This document shows positions 21,012 through 31,523 of a DNA stretch of 64,000 nucleotides, piece by piece. The translations under genes and the position numbers were made by a program. The first letter of the stretch is position 1. The number at the start of each line of letters is the position of its first letter. The DNA is taken from contig CAWDFP010000006.1 in the NCBI GenBank assembly GCA_963801605.1, positions 896,001 to 960,000 of the forward strand, written 5' to 3'. The notes beneath the pieces are model-generated. The model ran no database searches and had not been told where the DNA came from. It saw only the letters and a program-made list of their open reading frames with translations. This DNA comes from an uncultured candidate division Zixibacteria bacterium. GTDB taxonomy: Bacteria; Zixibacteria; MSB-5A5; UBA10806.

Positions 21012-21749
21012 TTGAAAGAAGTTATTACCACCCAGGATCTGGTTAAAACCTATACTCTAGGGGATTACGAGATTAATGCCTTGCGGGGAGTAAATCTCTC
21101 CATTAACAGCGGTGAATTTGTTGCCATTATGGGGCCATCAGGATCCGGCAAATCAACTTTGATGCATATTCTGGGTTGCCTCGATCGGCCAACATCGGGC
21201 AGGTACTTTCTCGATGGCGAAGATATGTCATCGCTGGATCGCAACAGCCTGGCCAGAATCAGAAATCAGAAAATCGGATTTGTATTCCAATCGTTCAACC
21301 TGCTGTCGCGAACCTCCGCATTGGAAAACGTAGAACTTCCCCTGCTTTACGATGGCAGCTCCGCCAAGGAAAACATAGAAAAGGCCAAACGTGCTTTAGG
21401 CAAAGTCGGGCTGGAGGGCAGAGAATATTCTTATCCCAATCAGCTTTCGGGAGGCCAGCAGCAACGAGTAGCGGTTGCCAGGGCGCTTATAAACGATCCC
21501 TCGATCATTTTGGCCGATGAGCCAACCGGAAACCTCGATACCAGAACATCAGTTGAGGTCATGGATATTTTTCAGACGCTCAATGAGCATGGAATTACAA
21601 TTGTGTTGATTACCCATGAGACGGATATCGCAGCTTATACCAAACGAAATATAACGTTTAGAGATGGTTTGATTATAAAAGATGAAGTTGTGGCGTCGCC
21701 CAAGTTAGCCAGAGAGGAGTTGATAAACCTCCCGGCGGTGGGGACATAA
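21012..21749 (+). CDS. MacB/LolD-type ABC transporter ATP-binding protein
   Basis: [31 protein letters not shown] start inferred. Confidence 0.92.
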   Translation: MKEVITTQDLVKTYTLGDYEINALRGVNLSINSGEFVAIMGPSGSGKSTLMHILGCLDRPTSGRYFLDGEDMSSLDRNSLARIRNQKIGFVFQSFNLLSRTSALENVELPLLYDGSSAKENIEKAKRALGKVGLEGREYSYPNQLSGGQQQRVAVARALINDPSIILADEPTGNLDTRTSVEVMDIFQTLNEHGITIVLITHETDIAAYTKRNITFRDGLIIKDEVVASPKLAREELINLPAVGT

Positions 21750-21795
21750 ACGAGAATTGACCAAACCTGACATCGGCGTGAACGGGGAATAAAAT

Positions 21796-22617
21796 ATGAA
21801 AAATTATCGGAGACCATATTACCTGTTGCTGCTATTGTTTTTAACAGGGATGGCTTGCCAGGAAACTAACCTGCGAAGCGATTGGAGAACGCCGGAGATA
21901 AGCAGTGATAATCCGGATACCGCCTGGGTGCGAACTTCGACATATTCCTGGAAAGACGAAAACATTTTGCTTGGGCTGCAAAATGATGCGGATAATCTGA
22001 TAATTCTCCTGAAAACCAGAGATCGAGCTACACAGGCTACTATCATTCGGGCAGGGCTGACAATCTGGTTTGATCCAACCGGAAAAAAAGACAAGGCTTT
22101 CGGGATCCATTACCCGATAGGAAGAACGGTTCGTCCTGAGACGCCGGAAAAGGGCAAGCGACCTGAGGGGAATCCGGATGAAATGATAAAACAACAAATT
22201 CAAATGCCTGATACAATGGAAATTATAAAACGAAATGAGCATATAAAATTGCCAATTAAGAATGATCTGGGCATCTCGATAATTACAAACAACGATTGGG
22301 GAACCATCACATATCTTTTTAGCGTGCCTCTGAAAGCGCGCGGTGATTCATCTTATGGGATAAATACCAATCCGGGCAGCATAATTAGTCTGGGATTCGA
22401 AACCGGTTCAATCGCTTTTAAAGGTGCTGATGAAGATAGTGACCGGCCCGGTGGTCCGGGCCAGGGGGGCGATTACGGCGGCAGAGGTGGCCAGGGCGAT
22501 TGGGGTGGTAGGCCCGGCGGAATGCCTCCTGGCGAGAGACCAGACAGGTCGCGTATGGAGCCGGTTGATTTCTGGACAAAAGTTACTCTGGCGACTCAGG
22601 GAACAAAGAAGGAATAA
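21796..22617 (+). CDS. Hypothetical lipoprotein with Gly/Pro/Arg-rich segment
   Basis: Lipobox GMAC, GLTIWFD..GKK..FGIHYP. Lies inside the ABC operon. Confidence 0.75.
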   Translation: MKNYRRPYYLLLLLFLTGMACQETNLRSDWRTPEISSDNPDTAWVRTSTYSWKDENILLGLQNDADNLIILLKTRDRATQATIIRAGLTIWFDPTGKKDKAFGIHYPIGRTVRPETPEKGKRPEGNPDEMIKQQIQMPDTMEIIKRNEHIKLPIKNDLGISIITNNDWGTITYLFSVPLKARGDSSYGINTNPGSIISLGFETGSIAFKGADEDSDRPGGPGQGGDYGGRGGQGDWGGRPGGMPPGERPDRSRMEPVDFWTKVTLATQGTKKE

Positions 22618-22688
22618 GAAATAAGCGTCAGAGGCTGGCAAAGGATTCTAAAGTAATATAAAACAGTAGCTATCGTAGAGGAAAATTA

Positions 22689-23906
22689 ATGAGATATTTG
22701 CAAATATTAAGAGTAGCTTATCGAGCCCTGGGTAAAAACAAGATGCGCTCGGGGCTGACGATGCTGGGCATAATTATCGGGGTGGCAGCCGTAATTGCCA
22801 TGGTGGGAATAGGCCAGGGCGCCAAGCAGATGGTCAATGATCAGATCTCCTCTTTGGGAGAAAATCTGCTTAATATTTTTCCCGGAAGCCAGCAGTCGGG
22901 CGGCGTAAGGTTCGGCGCCGGAACGCAGCAAACTCTCACTGAAGACGATGCAATCGCCATTAAGGCTAATTGCCCCGCTGTCGAATGGGTATCGCCTGTC
23001 GTGCGTGCGGGAGCTCAGGTAGTGGCGGGAAATCAAAATTGGGCTACATCAGTTCAGGGATTCTCTCCGGATTTTCCCAATATACGTTCCTGGCCAATGG
23101 AATCGGGCTCCTTTTTCACAGATCAGGATATCAAGGGCGCTACCAAAGTCTGCGTACTGGGTAAAACAGTTGTGGATAATCTCTTCCCGGGGCAAGACCC
23201 GATTGGGCAGATCGTCAGAGTAAATAAGTTGCCATTCAGGGTAATTGGCGTACTCTCAGCAAAAGGCCAAAATACTTTTGGTCAGGATCAGGACGATATC
23301 GTTGTCGCGCCTTATACTACGGTTCTCAGAAAACTTTCAAGGCAGAATCATATAAATTATATCATAGCCTCAGCAGCCAGTAAGGACCAGATCGATGCGG
23401 CTACAAATCAGATATCCACACTATTACGTCAACGTCATAGAATCATGCCGGGCCAGGACGACGACTTTACTGTTCGGAGCCAGGTTGAAATCGCGACTGC
23501 CGTAAATTCAACTTCTACTGTCATGAGTATTCTACTTGGAGCAATTGCCTCAGTTTCGCTTCTGGTCGGTGGTATAGGAATTATGAACATTATGCTCGTT
23601 TCCGTAACCGAAAGAACGCGCGAGATCGGAATAAGAATGGCTGTTGGCGCCAGAGGCCGCGACATTATGATTCAATTTTTGGCCGAATCGATCGTGCTAA
23701 GCGTGATTGGCGGTATCGCAGGCATAATGTTGGGGATTTTAAGCGCCAAATTAATATCAGCAATATTGCACTGGCCGATATTAACCTCGGTGCCGGCGAT
23801 AGCTTTAGCCTTCTTCTTTTCGGGGTTTGTGGGAGTATTTTTTGGATTTTATCCGGCAAAAAAGGCAGCTCTGCTGGATCCAATAGAAGCGCTCAGGTTT
23901 GAATAA
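22689..23906 (+). CDS. MacB-type ABC transporter permease
   Basis: RSGLTMLGIIIGVAAV, VGGIGIMNIMLVSVTERTREIGIRMAVGA, DPIEALRFE. Confidence 0.93.
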   Translation: MRYLQILRVAYRALGKNKMRSGLTMLGIIIGVAAVIAMVGIGQGAKQMVNDQISSLGENLLNIFPGSQQSGGVRFGAGTQQTLTEDDAIAIKANCPAVEWVSPVVRAGAQVVAGNQNWATSVQGFSPDFPNIRSWPMESGSFFTDQDIKGATKVCVLGKTVVDNLFPGQDPIGQIVRVNKLPFRVIGVLSAKGQNTFGQDQDDIVVAPYTTVLRKLSRQNHINYIIASAASKDQIDAATNQISTLLRQRHRIMPGQDDDFTVRSQVEIATAVNSTSTVMSILLGAIASVSLLVGGIGIMNIMLVSVTERTREIGIRMAVGARGRDIMIQFLAESIVLSVIGGIAGIMLGILSAKLISAILHWPILTSVPAIALAFFFSGFVGVFFGFYPAKKAALLDPIEALRFE

Positions 23907-23973
23907 ATGAAATAAGTCGTTGAAACGACTATAGATAGTTTGCCACTCGTCACCTTCCGAAATATTTTATTCC

Positions 23974-24007
23974 GCCAGGTCTTAAGCTAAAGTGACCTGG
24001 CATTTTA
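23974..24007 (+). terminator. Intrinsic terminator
   Basis: GCCAGGTC/GACCTGGC stem followed by ATTTT. Confidence 0.6.
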
Positions 24008-24125
24008 ATTTACTAATCAGACGGATCACCTATAATCTTTCTTAAATGGCTTGTATTTGGAATAAATACTCATTAATATTAAAGCGATAACAAAATCTTC
24101 TTGACCAGTTGCAGGGAAGGCTCAA

Positions 24126-25154
24126 ATGAAAAATAGAAATATAAAGCTGATGGCCGCTCTATGTTTTCTGTTTTTTTCAGCCTCGGCGCAGGCGCAAAAC
24201 GATACCCTAAAAATATTATTTATCGGCAACAGTCACACCTATACTAATAATCTTCCGCACATGTTTAAATTCTTGTCGGAATCCGGCGGCTATCCGGTTG
24301 CGGTCGATTCAAACACTCCGGGTGGATATACGCTGGAAGGACATTGCACCAACCAGACCACTCTGAATAAAATTAATCAGGGCGGATGGGATTTTGTCGT
24401 ATTACAGGAGCAGAGCGCTTACCCAACAATCGATTTTTATCGTTACGGAAGCATGTATCCCGCGGCCCGTCATTTGGATTCCCTGATTATTCGGAATAAC
24501 GAGCATACAGCGCTTTATATGACCTGGGGATGGCGCGGTGGCGGCCAACGAGATATCGACGGGCATTACAGCGTTCCCTTCGTAGATTATTTCCATATGC
24601 AGGATACCGTCACGGCAGCGTATGTAATGTTGAGAGATATATTATCATCGGTTTTATTACCGGCGGGGAACGCCTGGGCCCGAGCCATGCGAACGGATAC
24701 TACGCTTGACCTTTGGTCGCCCAATGATAACTACCATCCCAATCTTATGGGCTCTTATCTAGCGGCTTGCGTTTTTTATGCTGTATTTTTCCATCAAAGT
24801 CCAATCGGGTTATCCTATACGGCCGGCCTAACGAGGCCGCAAGCCGACTTTTTCCAACTGATGGCCGATCAAACGGTATCTTCCATTGGCGATAATGTTG
24901 TTTACGCCCCGGCGTCATTTGAGCTACTTCAGAACTATCCCAATCCATTTAATGCCAGGACTACTTTATATCTCAGTAAATCAGAAAATGTGAAGATTGG
25001 TATTTTTGATATTGCCGGCCGAATGATCAAAACTCTCTCCACCGAGAATGGCAGCGCGATATGGGATGCGTCTGATGTATCCTCCGGTTTATATTTTGCC
25101 AGAGTCCTGGATGGCCAGAACTCTAAAGCGATAAAAATGGTGCTTTTGAAGTAG
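24126..25154 (+). CDS. Secreted SGNH/GDSL-like hydrolase (DUF4886-like) with T9SS-like C-terminal domain
   Basis: FIGNSHT, LQEQS, DNYHP. C-terminus QNYPNPFN...SSGLYF...KMVLLK. Confidence 0.8.
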   Translation: MKNRNIKLMAALCFLFFSASAQAQNDTLKILFIGNSHTYTNNLPHMFKFLSESGGYPVAVDSNTPGGYTLEGHCTNQTTLNKINQGGWDFVVLQEQSAYPTIDFYRYGSMYPAARHLDSLIIRNNEHTALYMTWGWRGGGQRDIDGHYSVPFVDYFHMQDTVTAAYVMLRDILSSVLLPAGNAWARAMRTDTTLDLWSPNDNYHPNLMGSYLAACVFYAVFFHQSPIGLSYTAGLTRPQADFFQLMADQTVSSIGDNVVYAPASFELLQNYPNPFNARTTLYLSKSENVKIGIFDIAGRMIKTLSTENGSAIWDASDVSSGLYFARVLDGQNSKAIKMVLLK

Positions 25155-25187
25155 AATATTTAGCTTTAGTCCAAGTAATCTAATAAA

Positions 25188-25223
25188 TAAAAAGGCGACT
25201 TAATTGTAAGTCGCCTTAATTTG
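25188..25223. terminator. Bidirectional terminator
   Basis: 11-bp stem AAGGCGACTTA/TAAGTCGCCTT between convergent genes. Confidence 0.75.
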
Positions 25224-25246
25224 TTTATCGCTTAAATTGAATCGGC

Positions 25247-26536
25247 CTATTTATCTTTCACCACAAAATCAGCGTCTTTATCAACCTGCTTTATCTTTCG
25301 CCAAAGGGCATAAGCCACGAATAGAACCAATAACAGCGAAACCCCAAGGCCAATCTGACGAACCTTGATATCCCCTAACGCGGCCAGGGCTGTTACCTGA
25401 ACACCTTCAGCAACCTTAATGCCGGCGCGCGTGATCTCGGCAACTTGATCCGGATCAAATGTGTGAACTACAGATTTAACCCGCGTTAAGTCGTCCTTGG
25501 CCGGTCCCAGATCGAATTTGGCCAATCCGGCTTCTACTCCTTTTTTCTCAGCATCCATCGATGTTGATTCCGCGAGCGAAACGGCCATTTTAAGGGAATC
25601 AATAGATTCTTTCATCGATTTAGCTGCTTCAAATCCCGGGGAATCAGGTTCATGACATTGAATGCAAAGAGCCCCCGCCGATGTCCCAAGCAGCGAATCA
25701 TTGGCAGCCAAAATTAAGTGATTGCCATGACAGCGTTCGCAATCGGGGTTTTCGAGAGTCTTAAATGGTTCAGCATGCGGAGAGCTATTGAAGTAATCGC
25801 GATTCGAGGCATGACAATCTCCGCAAGCTGCCGAAACCGAAGCCAGCGATGGAGGTGTGGCCCCGTGATTACCATGGCAGCCGTTGCAGGCAGGCGCCGA
25901 TTGGTCCCCTTTTTCAAGAACAAGGACGCCATGCACCGATTTTTTATATTGCTCAAGCTGATCCGTGGGGATCTGTTTGCCTTTATAATCATATCCGGAC
26001 ATGTAAGCCGGATCGGCGTGGCAGACACTGCAGGTGGCAGGCACATTTTGATGATAGACCTTACTTCGGGAATCTGAGGCGGGCAGGACGCCGTGTGCGC
26101 TGTGACAATCGCTGCAAACTGCAATTTTCTGATCTTTTTTCTCATAGAGAAGCTTGCCGTGCACCGACGTTTTATAAAGCACAAGTTGATCGGTTGGCAA
26201 CTTTGGATTGTACTTTTTCATGAATTCGATATCGGAGTGACAGCGCGCACAAAATTCGGGAATGGCAGCTTTATCAGGAGGCGACATAAAACCCTTAGCG
26301 GGGTCCATTGCCAGAGTGGGATCGTTTTCGGTAAAGCCCTTGGTAGGATCGCCGCCGTGACATTTTTCGCACCCGATACCATTAGCCTTATGAATATCCG
26401 ATGCCATGAATGCCGCGGCCGCTGTGGTGTCTGAAACTCTATCGCTCGAAAGGTGGCATTTTATACAACTTGATTTCTGGGCGTTTGCCTCGCCAACCAG
26501 CAGCATTAAAAATATTATCGGAATTAATTTTTTCAT
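25247..26536 (-). CDS. Membrane-anchored nonaheme cytochrome c
   Basis: Nine CxxCH motifs counted (CIKCH, CEKCH, CARCH, CSDCH, CSVCH, CNGCH, CGDCH, CERCH, CIQCH). Signal peptide and C-terminal TM helix. Start refined to MKKLIP. Confidence 0.9.
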   Translation of the reverse strand: MKKLIPIIFLMLLVGEANAQKSSCIKCHLSSDRVSDTTAAAAFMASDIHKANGIGCEKCHGGDPTKGFTENDPTLAMDPAKGFMSPPDKAAIPEFCARCHSDIEFMKKYNPKLPTDQLVLYKTSVHGKLLYEKKDQKIAVCSDCHSAHGVLPASDSRSKVYHQNVPATCSVCHADPAYMSGYDYKGKQIPTDQLEQYKKSVHGVLVLEKGDQSAPACNGCHGNHGATPPSLASVSAACGDCHASNRDYFNSSPHAEPFKTLENPDCERCHGNHLILAANDSLLGTSAGALCIQCHEPDSPGFEAAKSMKESIDSLKMAVSLAESTSMDAEKKGVEAGLAKFDLGPAKDDLTRVKSVVHTFDPDQVAEITRAGIKVAEGVQVTALAALGDIKVRQIGLGVSLLLVLFVAYALWRKIKQVDKDADFVVKDK

Positions 26537-26537
26537 T

Positions 26538-27608
26538 TTATTCACCCGGCGCCAGGTAGCCAATTGCTGTTAATACAACCATATAGACTACAACGACCAC
26601 TCCAATTATCGTATATATCCTGTTCGGTATGCCCCTGTTGGATTTCTTATCGAAAAAGGGCAGAAGTACCCAGATAAACCCCGCAATGGCAAAGCCGAAC
26701 ACGCCGATTACTTTGGGCACATATTTCAACGTCTGATACATAAAAACAAAATACCACTCCGGCCTGATATGCGGCGGAGCGGGTTTGAGTATATCGGCTT
26801 TTTCTCCAACTTCCCAGGGAAATAGCGAGGCCAAAAGAACGATCAGGCCAAGCGCCAGAGTCCAGCCCAGCATATCCCTTAGAAGATAATTTGGCACGAA
26901 GGGGATCTCTTTTCGTTTGCTCAGGCCTTTGGCGATCTCCTGCTCAATTGAGATTGGAACGCTCATGCCCTGGCGTTGTACGAAAAGTAGATGTATGGCC
27001 AGCAGAGCTGTTGTCAATCCGGGCAGCACTGCCACATGGAATCCGAAGAATCTTGTGAGCGTAGCCCCGGTAACTTCCTGGCCGCCTCGTAAAAACTCCA
27101 AAAGCCAATTACCAATAAAGGGAACCATGGCAGCGAAACTTGTGCCCACATTGGTGGCCAGATATGCCAGTTGATTCCACGGCAAAAGATACCCTGAAAA
27201 TCCAAAGCCCATTGCCAGGAACAGGAGAAGCGCTCCCGTAATCCATGTCAGTTCGCGCGGTTTACGATAGGCCTTCATTAGAAAAACCGAGAACATGTGC
27301 ACGAAAGCGCAGCCTATGAACAGGTTAGCGCCGTAAGAATGAATCGAGCGAACCAGCCATCCAAAAGGCACCTCGGTCATAATATATTGAACCGATTCAT
27401 AAGCTGATTCGGCAGTTGGCTTATAATAGAGAAGAAGCAGTATGCCGGTTATCACCTGCACAATAAAAAGGTATAAAGTCATTCCTCCGAGATAATACCA
27501 GATCGAGTGACGATGATCTGGAACTGTTTTATGACGAAGAAAGCTCTCCAGACCTTCAAGGTCGACCCGGCCATCGAACCATTTGTATAATTTTCCGTGA
27601 TCTGCCAT
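26538..27608 (-). CDS. petB: Cytochrome b of a Rieske/cyt b complex (b6 and subunit IV regions in one chain)
   Basis: VPFGWLVRSIHS, RELTWITG, FSGYLLPWNQ, TLTRFFGFH, and Qo motif PEWYF. Confidence 0.9.
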   Translation of the reverse strand: MADHGKLYKWFDGRVDLEGLESFLRHKTVPDHRHSIWYYLGGMTLYLFIVQVITGILLLLYYKPTAESAYESVQYIMTEVPFGWLVRSIHSYGANLFIGCAFVHMFSVFLMKAYRKPRELTWITGALLLFLAMGFGFSGYLLPWNQLAYLATNVGTSFAAMVPFIGNWLLEFLRGGQEVTGATLTRFFGFHVAVLPGLTTALLAIHLLFVQRQGMSVPISIEQEIAKGLSKRKEIPFVPNYLLRDMLGWTLALGLIVLLASLFPWEVGEKADILKPAPPHIRPEWYFVFMYQTLKYVPKVIGVFGFAIAGFIWVLLPFFDKKSNRGIPNRIYTIIGVVVVVYMVVLTAIGYLAPGE

Positions 27609-27611
27609 AAG

Positions 27612-28082
27612 TTATGCCTTTGCCAGGGAGACAAAAATCTCCTCGCCTTTTATGGCTACTGTATACTGAGTGAGAGGCGATGGTGGAGGTCCTGAGATTA
27701 CCATACCGTTCAAATCGTAATGGCCGTTATGGCAAGCGCACCAGATGTGCTTAAGATCGGATCGGTATTGCACCGTGCAGCCTAAATGAGTGCAAACCGC
27801 GGTAAATGAGATATAACTCAGGGCGCTTTTGGGATCGCCATCGGACTTAAGAATCAGGATCGCTGGTTTGTCTCCGAATTTGAATATTTTACCTTCGTTG
27901 GGCTTAAGCTCGCCCACTTTTGCCGCTGATACAGATGACGTTTCCTCTCCGGAAACTTGAGGAGGAATAATGTAGCGTACGATAGGGTATAATGTGGCCG
28001 CCCCCAGCGCCGCGATACCACCACCAAGAAGGTAGTTAATGGCACTGCGCCGAGATAGTTTTTGATCATCCATTCGCATCAC
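27612..28082 (-). CDS. petC: Rieske [2Fe-2S] protein
   Basis: Tat-like SRR, CTHLGC and CACHNG boxes, GPPP.PL. Confidence 0.92.
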   Translation of the reverse strand: MMRMDDQKLSRRSAINYLLGGGIAALGAATLYPIVRYIIPPQVSGEETSSVSAAKVGELKPNEGKIFKFGDKPAILILKSDGDPKSALSYISFTAVCTHLGCTVQYRSDLKHIWCACHNGHYDLNGMVISGPPPSPLTQYTVAIKGEEIFVSLAKA

Positions 28083-28265
28083 CCGATTATGCTATTTTAC
28101 CTGGCAACACTATTCTCTTCGGGAGCAGGCCAGCCAGATTCTTAAGGCAACTCCCAATTAACGCTTATTTTATCAAATCTTATGACATTATGCAAATAAT
28201 AATTATAGTTGATAGGAGCCGATCGTAATTTAGGGATGAGCACGGTTTTGACTGGAATCATTATC

Positions 28266-28293
28266 GGAACTCGTTGAATTTTATAAGAGTTAA
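28266..28293 (+). promoter_or_regulatory. Putative ECF-sigma promoter GGAACTC-N14-GAGTTAA
   Basis: Shared motif, about 30 nt upstream of the thioredoxin-NHL gene. Confidence 0.55.
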
Positions 28294-28318
28294 CCCCTGA
28301 AAGGCAACAGGAGTTGAT

Positions 28319-30259
28319 ATGAGAATACTCAAAATTGGGACACTAATTGCCATAAGCGTAATTTTAATAATGGTTTTAACAGCTATGAGAACTGAAAGTA
28401 AAATCAAGGCGCCGGAGTTTCCGTCGGGTTTGACCTGGCTCAATTCGCAGCCATTAACCCTAAGTGATCTTCGCGGCAAAGTGGTATTACTCGATTTCTG
28501 GACCTACTGCTGTATAAATTGTATGCATATTATCCCCGATCTCAAAAAGCTGGAGACCAAATATAAAGACGAATTGGTTATCGTCGGGGTGCATTCGGCT
28601 AAATTTAAAAATGAGCATGACACCAGAAACATTAAAGAGGCAATTCTGCGCTACGATATCGAACATCCGGTTATCAACGATAATGAGTTTCAGGTCTGGA
28701 ACGAGTATGGGGCACAGGCCTGGCCTACCTTATTTTTAATCGATCCTCAGGGATATATTATTGGTGGGTCATCCGGTGAAGGTGTCTATGATACTTTCGA
28801 TACGACTATCGCGGCGGTCGTAAAGGATTTTGATTCTAAAGGCTTAATTAATCGCAAACCAATCAAGCTCGATCTGGAGAAATCCTCGACGGCAAGTTCG
28901 ATTTTATCTTTTCCGGGAAAGATCGTATCCGACGAAAAAAGCGGAAGGCTCTTTTTTACCGATTCCGATCACAACAGGGTGATTATTTCATCTTTCGATG
29001 GTCAGATAAAAGATGTGATAGGTTCGGGTGAAATAGGCTTCAAAGACGGTGATTTCCAAACCGCGGAGTTCTACCGTCCGCAAGGCCTGTATTTCGATTC
29101 CATAAATAACATAATCTATGTGGCTGATACCGATAACCATGCCATAAGAAAAATCGATCTAATATCGCGAAAAGTTGAAACGCTGGCAGGTATCGGTAAA
29201 CAAGCCGGTTTCTTAAGCACGGGGGGAGTTGGAACTCAGGTGGCTTTAAATAGTCCCTGGGATTTGGTAATGCTTGATGACAAGCTTTATATCGCCATGG
29301 CGGGTGCGCACCAAATCTGGGTACTTGATCCTAAAACCCTGGTGGTTACCCCTTTTGCGGGATCCGGGCGTGAGGATATTATTGATGGTCCTCTCGAGTC
29401 GGCTGCGCTGGCTCAGCCAAGTGGTATCACTACCGACGGAATGAAACTCTATATAGCCGATAGCGAGGTCAGCGGCGTGCGCGAAATAGATTTGGGCGTA
29501 AATGGCAAAGTTAAAACGATTATCGGCAAGGGGCTATTTGAGTTTGGGGACGTTGATGGTAAATATCCGGGAGCACGACTGCAGCATCCAATAGGCATCG
29601 CCTATCACGATGGATTTCTCTATGTAGCTGATACCTACAATCACAAAATTAAAAAAGTCGATCCCGTCGCTCGTGAGGCAACTTCTCTGATTGGCCTGGG
29701 AGCTCCTGGAATGACTGACGGTCTGGCGGTAAAGGCGTCGCTCAATGAGCCCAATGGACTCACATTCGCTAATGGAAAGATGTACATAACTGACACCAAC
29801 AACCATTTGATACGGGTCTATGACATTTCATCCGGTGCCTTATCCACTTTGGAGTTCAAAGGGATTGGGATGCTTACTCAGGCTAAGGCATTCCGCGGCG
29901 AGGAGAAAGAGCTTCCCGCAATGAATATCGCGCCCGGAACTGACAAATTAAGCTTGGAGATAACACTTCCCAAAGGAACCGATTTTACAAAGGACGCTCC
30001 CTTCAGCATTGAGCCAAAATCAGATAATGCGAAGATTATAAGCTTTAAGGATGTTAATATATCTAAACCGGCCGGCAAGCTCGAGATTCCCATAACTGCA
30101 TCTACAGGGATGACGACAGTCACAATCGATCTCAGCATTTACTATTGTTCAGGGAATCAGGGGCAATGTTTTTTCAAGGACGCTCGTCTGAAAATTCCGG
30201 TGAATGTAACGGAAAAAGGCAATCAGGTTTTAGCGGCATCATATAAAATCGAACATTAA
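28319..30259 (+). CDS. Thioredoxin-like plus NHL-repeat protein (NHLRC2/SOQ1-like)
   Basis: DFWTYCCINCMH, GVHSAKF, several NHL repeats (LNSPWD, LAQPSG, LQHPIG, LNEPNG), C-terminal IYYC...QC domain. Confidence 0.9.
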   Translation: MRILKIGTLIAISVILIMVLTAMRTESKIKAPEFPSGLTWLNSQPLTLSDLRGKVVLLDFWTYCCINCMHIIPDLKKLETKYKDELVIVGVHSAKFKNEHDTRNIKEAILRYDIEHPVINDNEFQVWNEYGAQAWPTLFLIDPQGYIIGGSSGEGVYDTFDTTIAAVVKDFDSKGLINRKPIKLDLEKSSTASSILSFPGKIVSDEKSGRLFFTDSDHNRVIISSFDGQIKDVIGSGEIGFKDGDFQTAEFYRPQGLYFDSINNIIYVADTDNHAIRKIDLISRKVETLAGIGKQAGFLSTGGVGTQVALNSPWDLVMLDDKLYIAMAGAHQIWVLDPKTLVVTPFAGSGREDIIDGPLESAALAQPSGITTDGMKLYIADSEVSGVREIDLGVNGKVKTIIGKGLFEFGDVDGKYPGARLQHPIGIAYHDGFLYVADTYNHKIKKVDPVAREATSLIGLGAPGMTDGLAVKASLNEPNGLTFANGKMYITDTNNHLIRVYDISSGALSTLEFKGIGMLTQAKAFRGEEKELPAMNIAPGTDKLSLEITLPKGTDFTKDAPFSIEPKSDNAKIISFKDVNISKPAGKLEIPITASTGMTTVTIDLSIYYCSGNQGQCFFKDARLKIPVNVTEKGNQVLAASYKIEH

Positions 30260-30374
30260 GTTTATTTTACACTTACCAAAATTCGATATGGCATCAGGTC
30301 TATTAGTCTGACGCCGCCGTCAAAATGATTAGCCAATTGACTTATATCATTTATATGTCTAATTTGTGTTTGAT

Positions 30375-31333
30375 ATGGATCTAAAACAGGTAATTAAAGC
30401 TGAGGGTTATAGTCTCGGCCTGTCTGCAATCGGAGTGGCAAAAGCCGAATATAATCCAATCGGCCACAACAGATATTTACGCTGGCTTGATAGCGGTAAT
30501 CAGGCAGATATGAAATATTTGGAGCGGGGTGTCAGGCAAAGGTTCGATCCCAGAGTTACTCTTCCAACTGCCAAATCCGTCATCGTTTGCGCTTTGAATT
30601 ATTATCAGAAACTTGAATGATGATCCTCGAAGGCCATACTTTTCGGTTTATGGACGAGGCGAAAATTATCACGCAGTTATGATGGATAAATTGAAGGCTC
30701 TTTGTAAAAAAATCGAGGAGCATGCCGGACACTGGACTTTCAAAACTTATGCTGACTCTTCTCCGCTATCCGAAAAATCTATCGCAGTTAAAGCTGGGCT
30801 TGGTTTTATCGGACGAAACGGTCTTCTGATATTGTCATCCACTAATAATAATGGTTCAGCAATGGGAACCTTCTATTTCTTGGGTTCTATCATCACCAAT
30901 TTGGAGCTTGAACCGGATGTTGCTATAGAAAGAACATGCGCGCAATGCCGCCGGTGTATTCGAGGCTTGCCCTACCGCGGCAATCAACGGTGATGTCACT
31001 ATCGATGCCGATCGTTGCATCGCCTATCATACCATGCAAAATAAAGGCGAGATTCCCCGGGATATTGCTGCTAAAATGGGCCATATAGTATTCGGATGTG
31101 ATATATGCCAGGCCATTTGCCCTTTTAATCGAGATATTGAAGAAACTAGAGAACCGCGTTTTACTCCCGATCCGATATTACAATCCACCGATTTATTTGT
31201 TTTTCTGAATATGACGGAAATGGTATTCAATAGACATTTCGAAAATTCCAGCGTCGGGGAAAAAGGATATCAGCTTTTTAAGCGTAATATCGCCATCGTT
31301 GCCGAAAATATAGGAAAACAATTACCCCGCTAA
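30375..31333 (+). CDS. queG: Epoxyqueuosine reductase; two 1-nt frameshifts (~30612, ~30960)
   Basis: Joined frames give EKSIAVKAGLGFIGRN, CAQCRRCIEACPTAAI, DADRCIAYHT and FGCDICQAICPFN. Confidence 0.85.
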
Positions 31334-31523
31334 TTTTAATCGTTAATAATCCCTAATAAATAGTAATAGTTTCTTATAAGCATGTCGGGAAAAACCACAT
31401 CAAAGAACTATAATCGGGTCTTTTCGGAGTTGTTAAGGATTTAGGGAATATTCTCACAACGCAATACACGGCAATGTCTTACGGAAGTATGGAGAGACTA
31501 TTTACGATTATTTTCAGAAGGCG

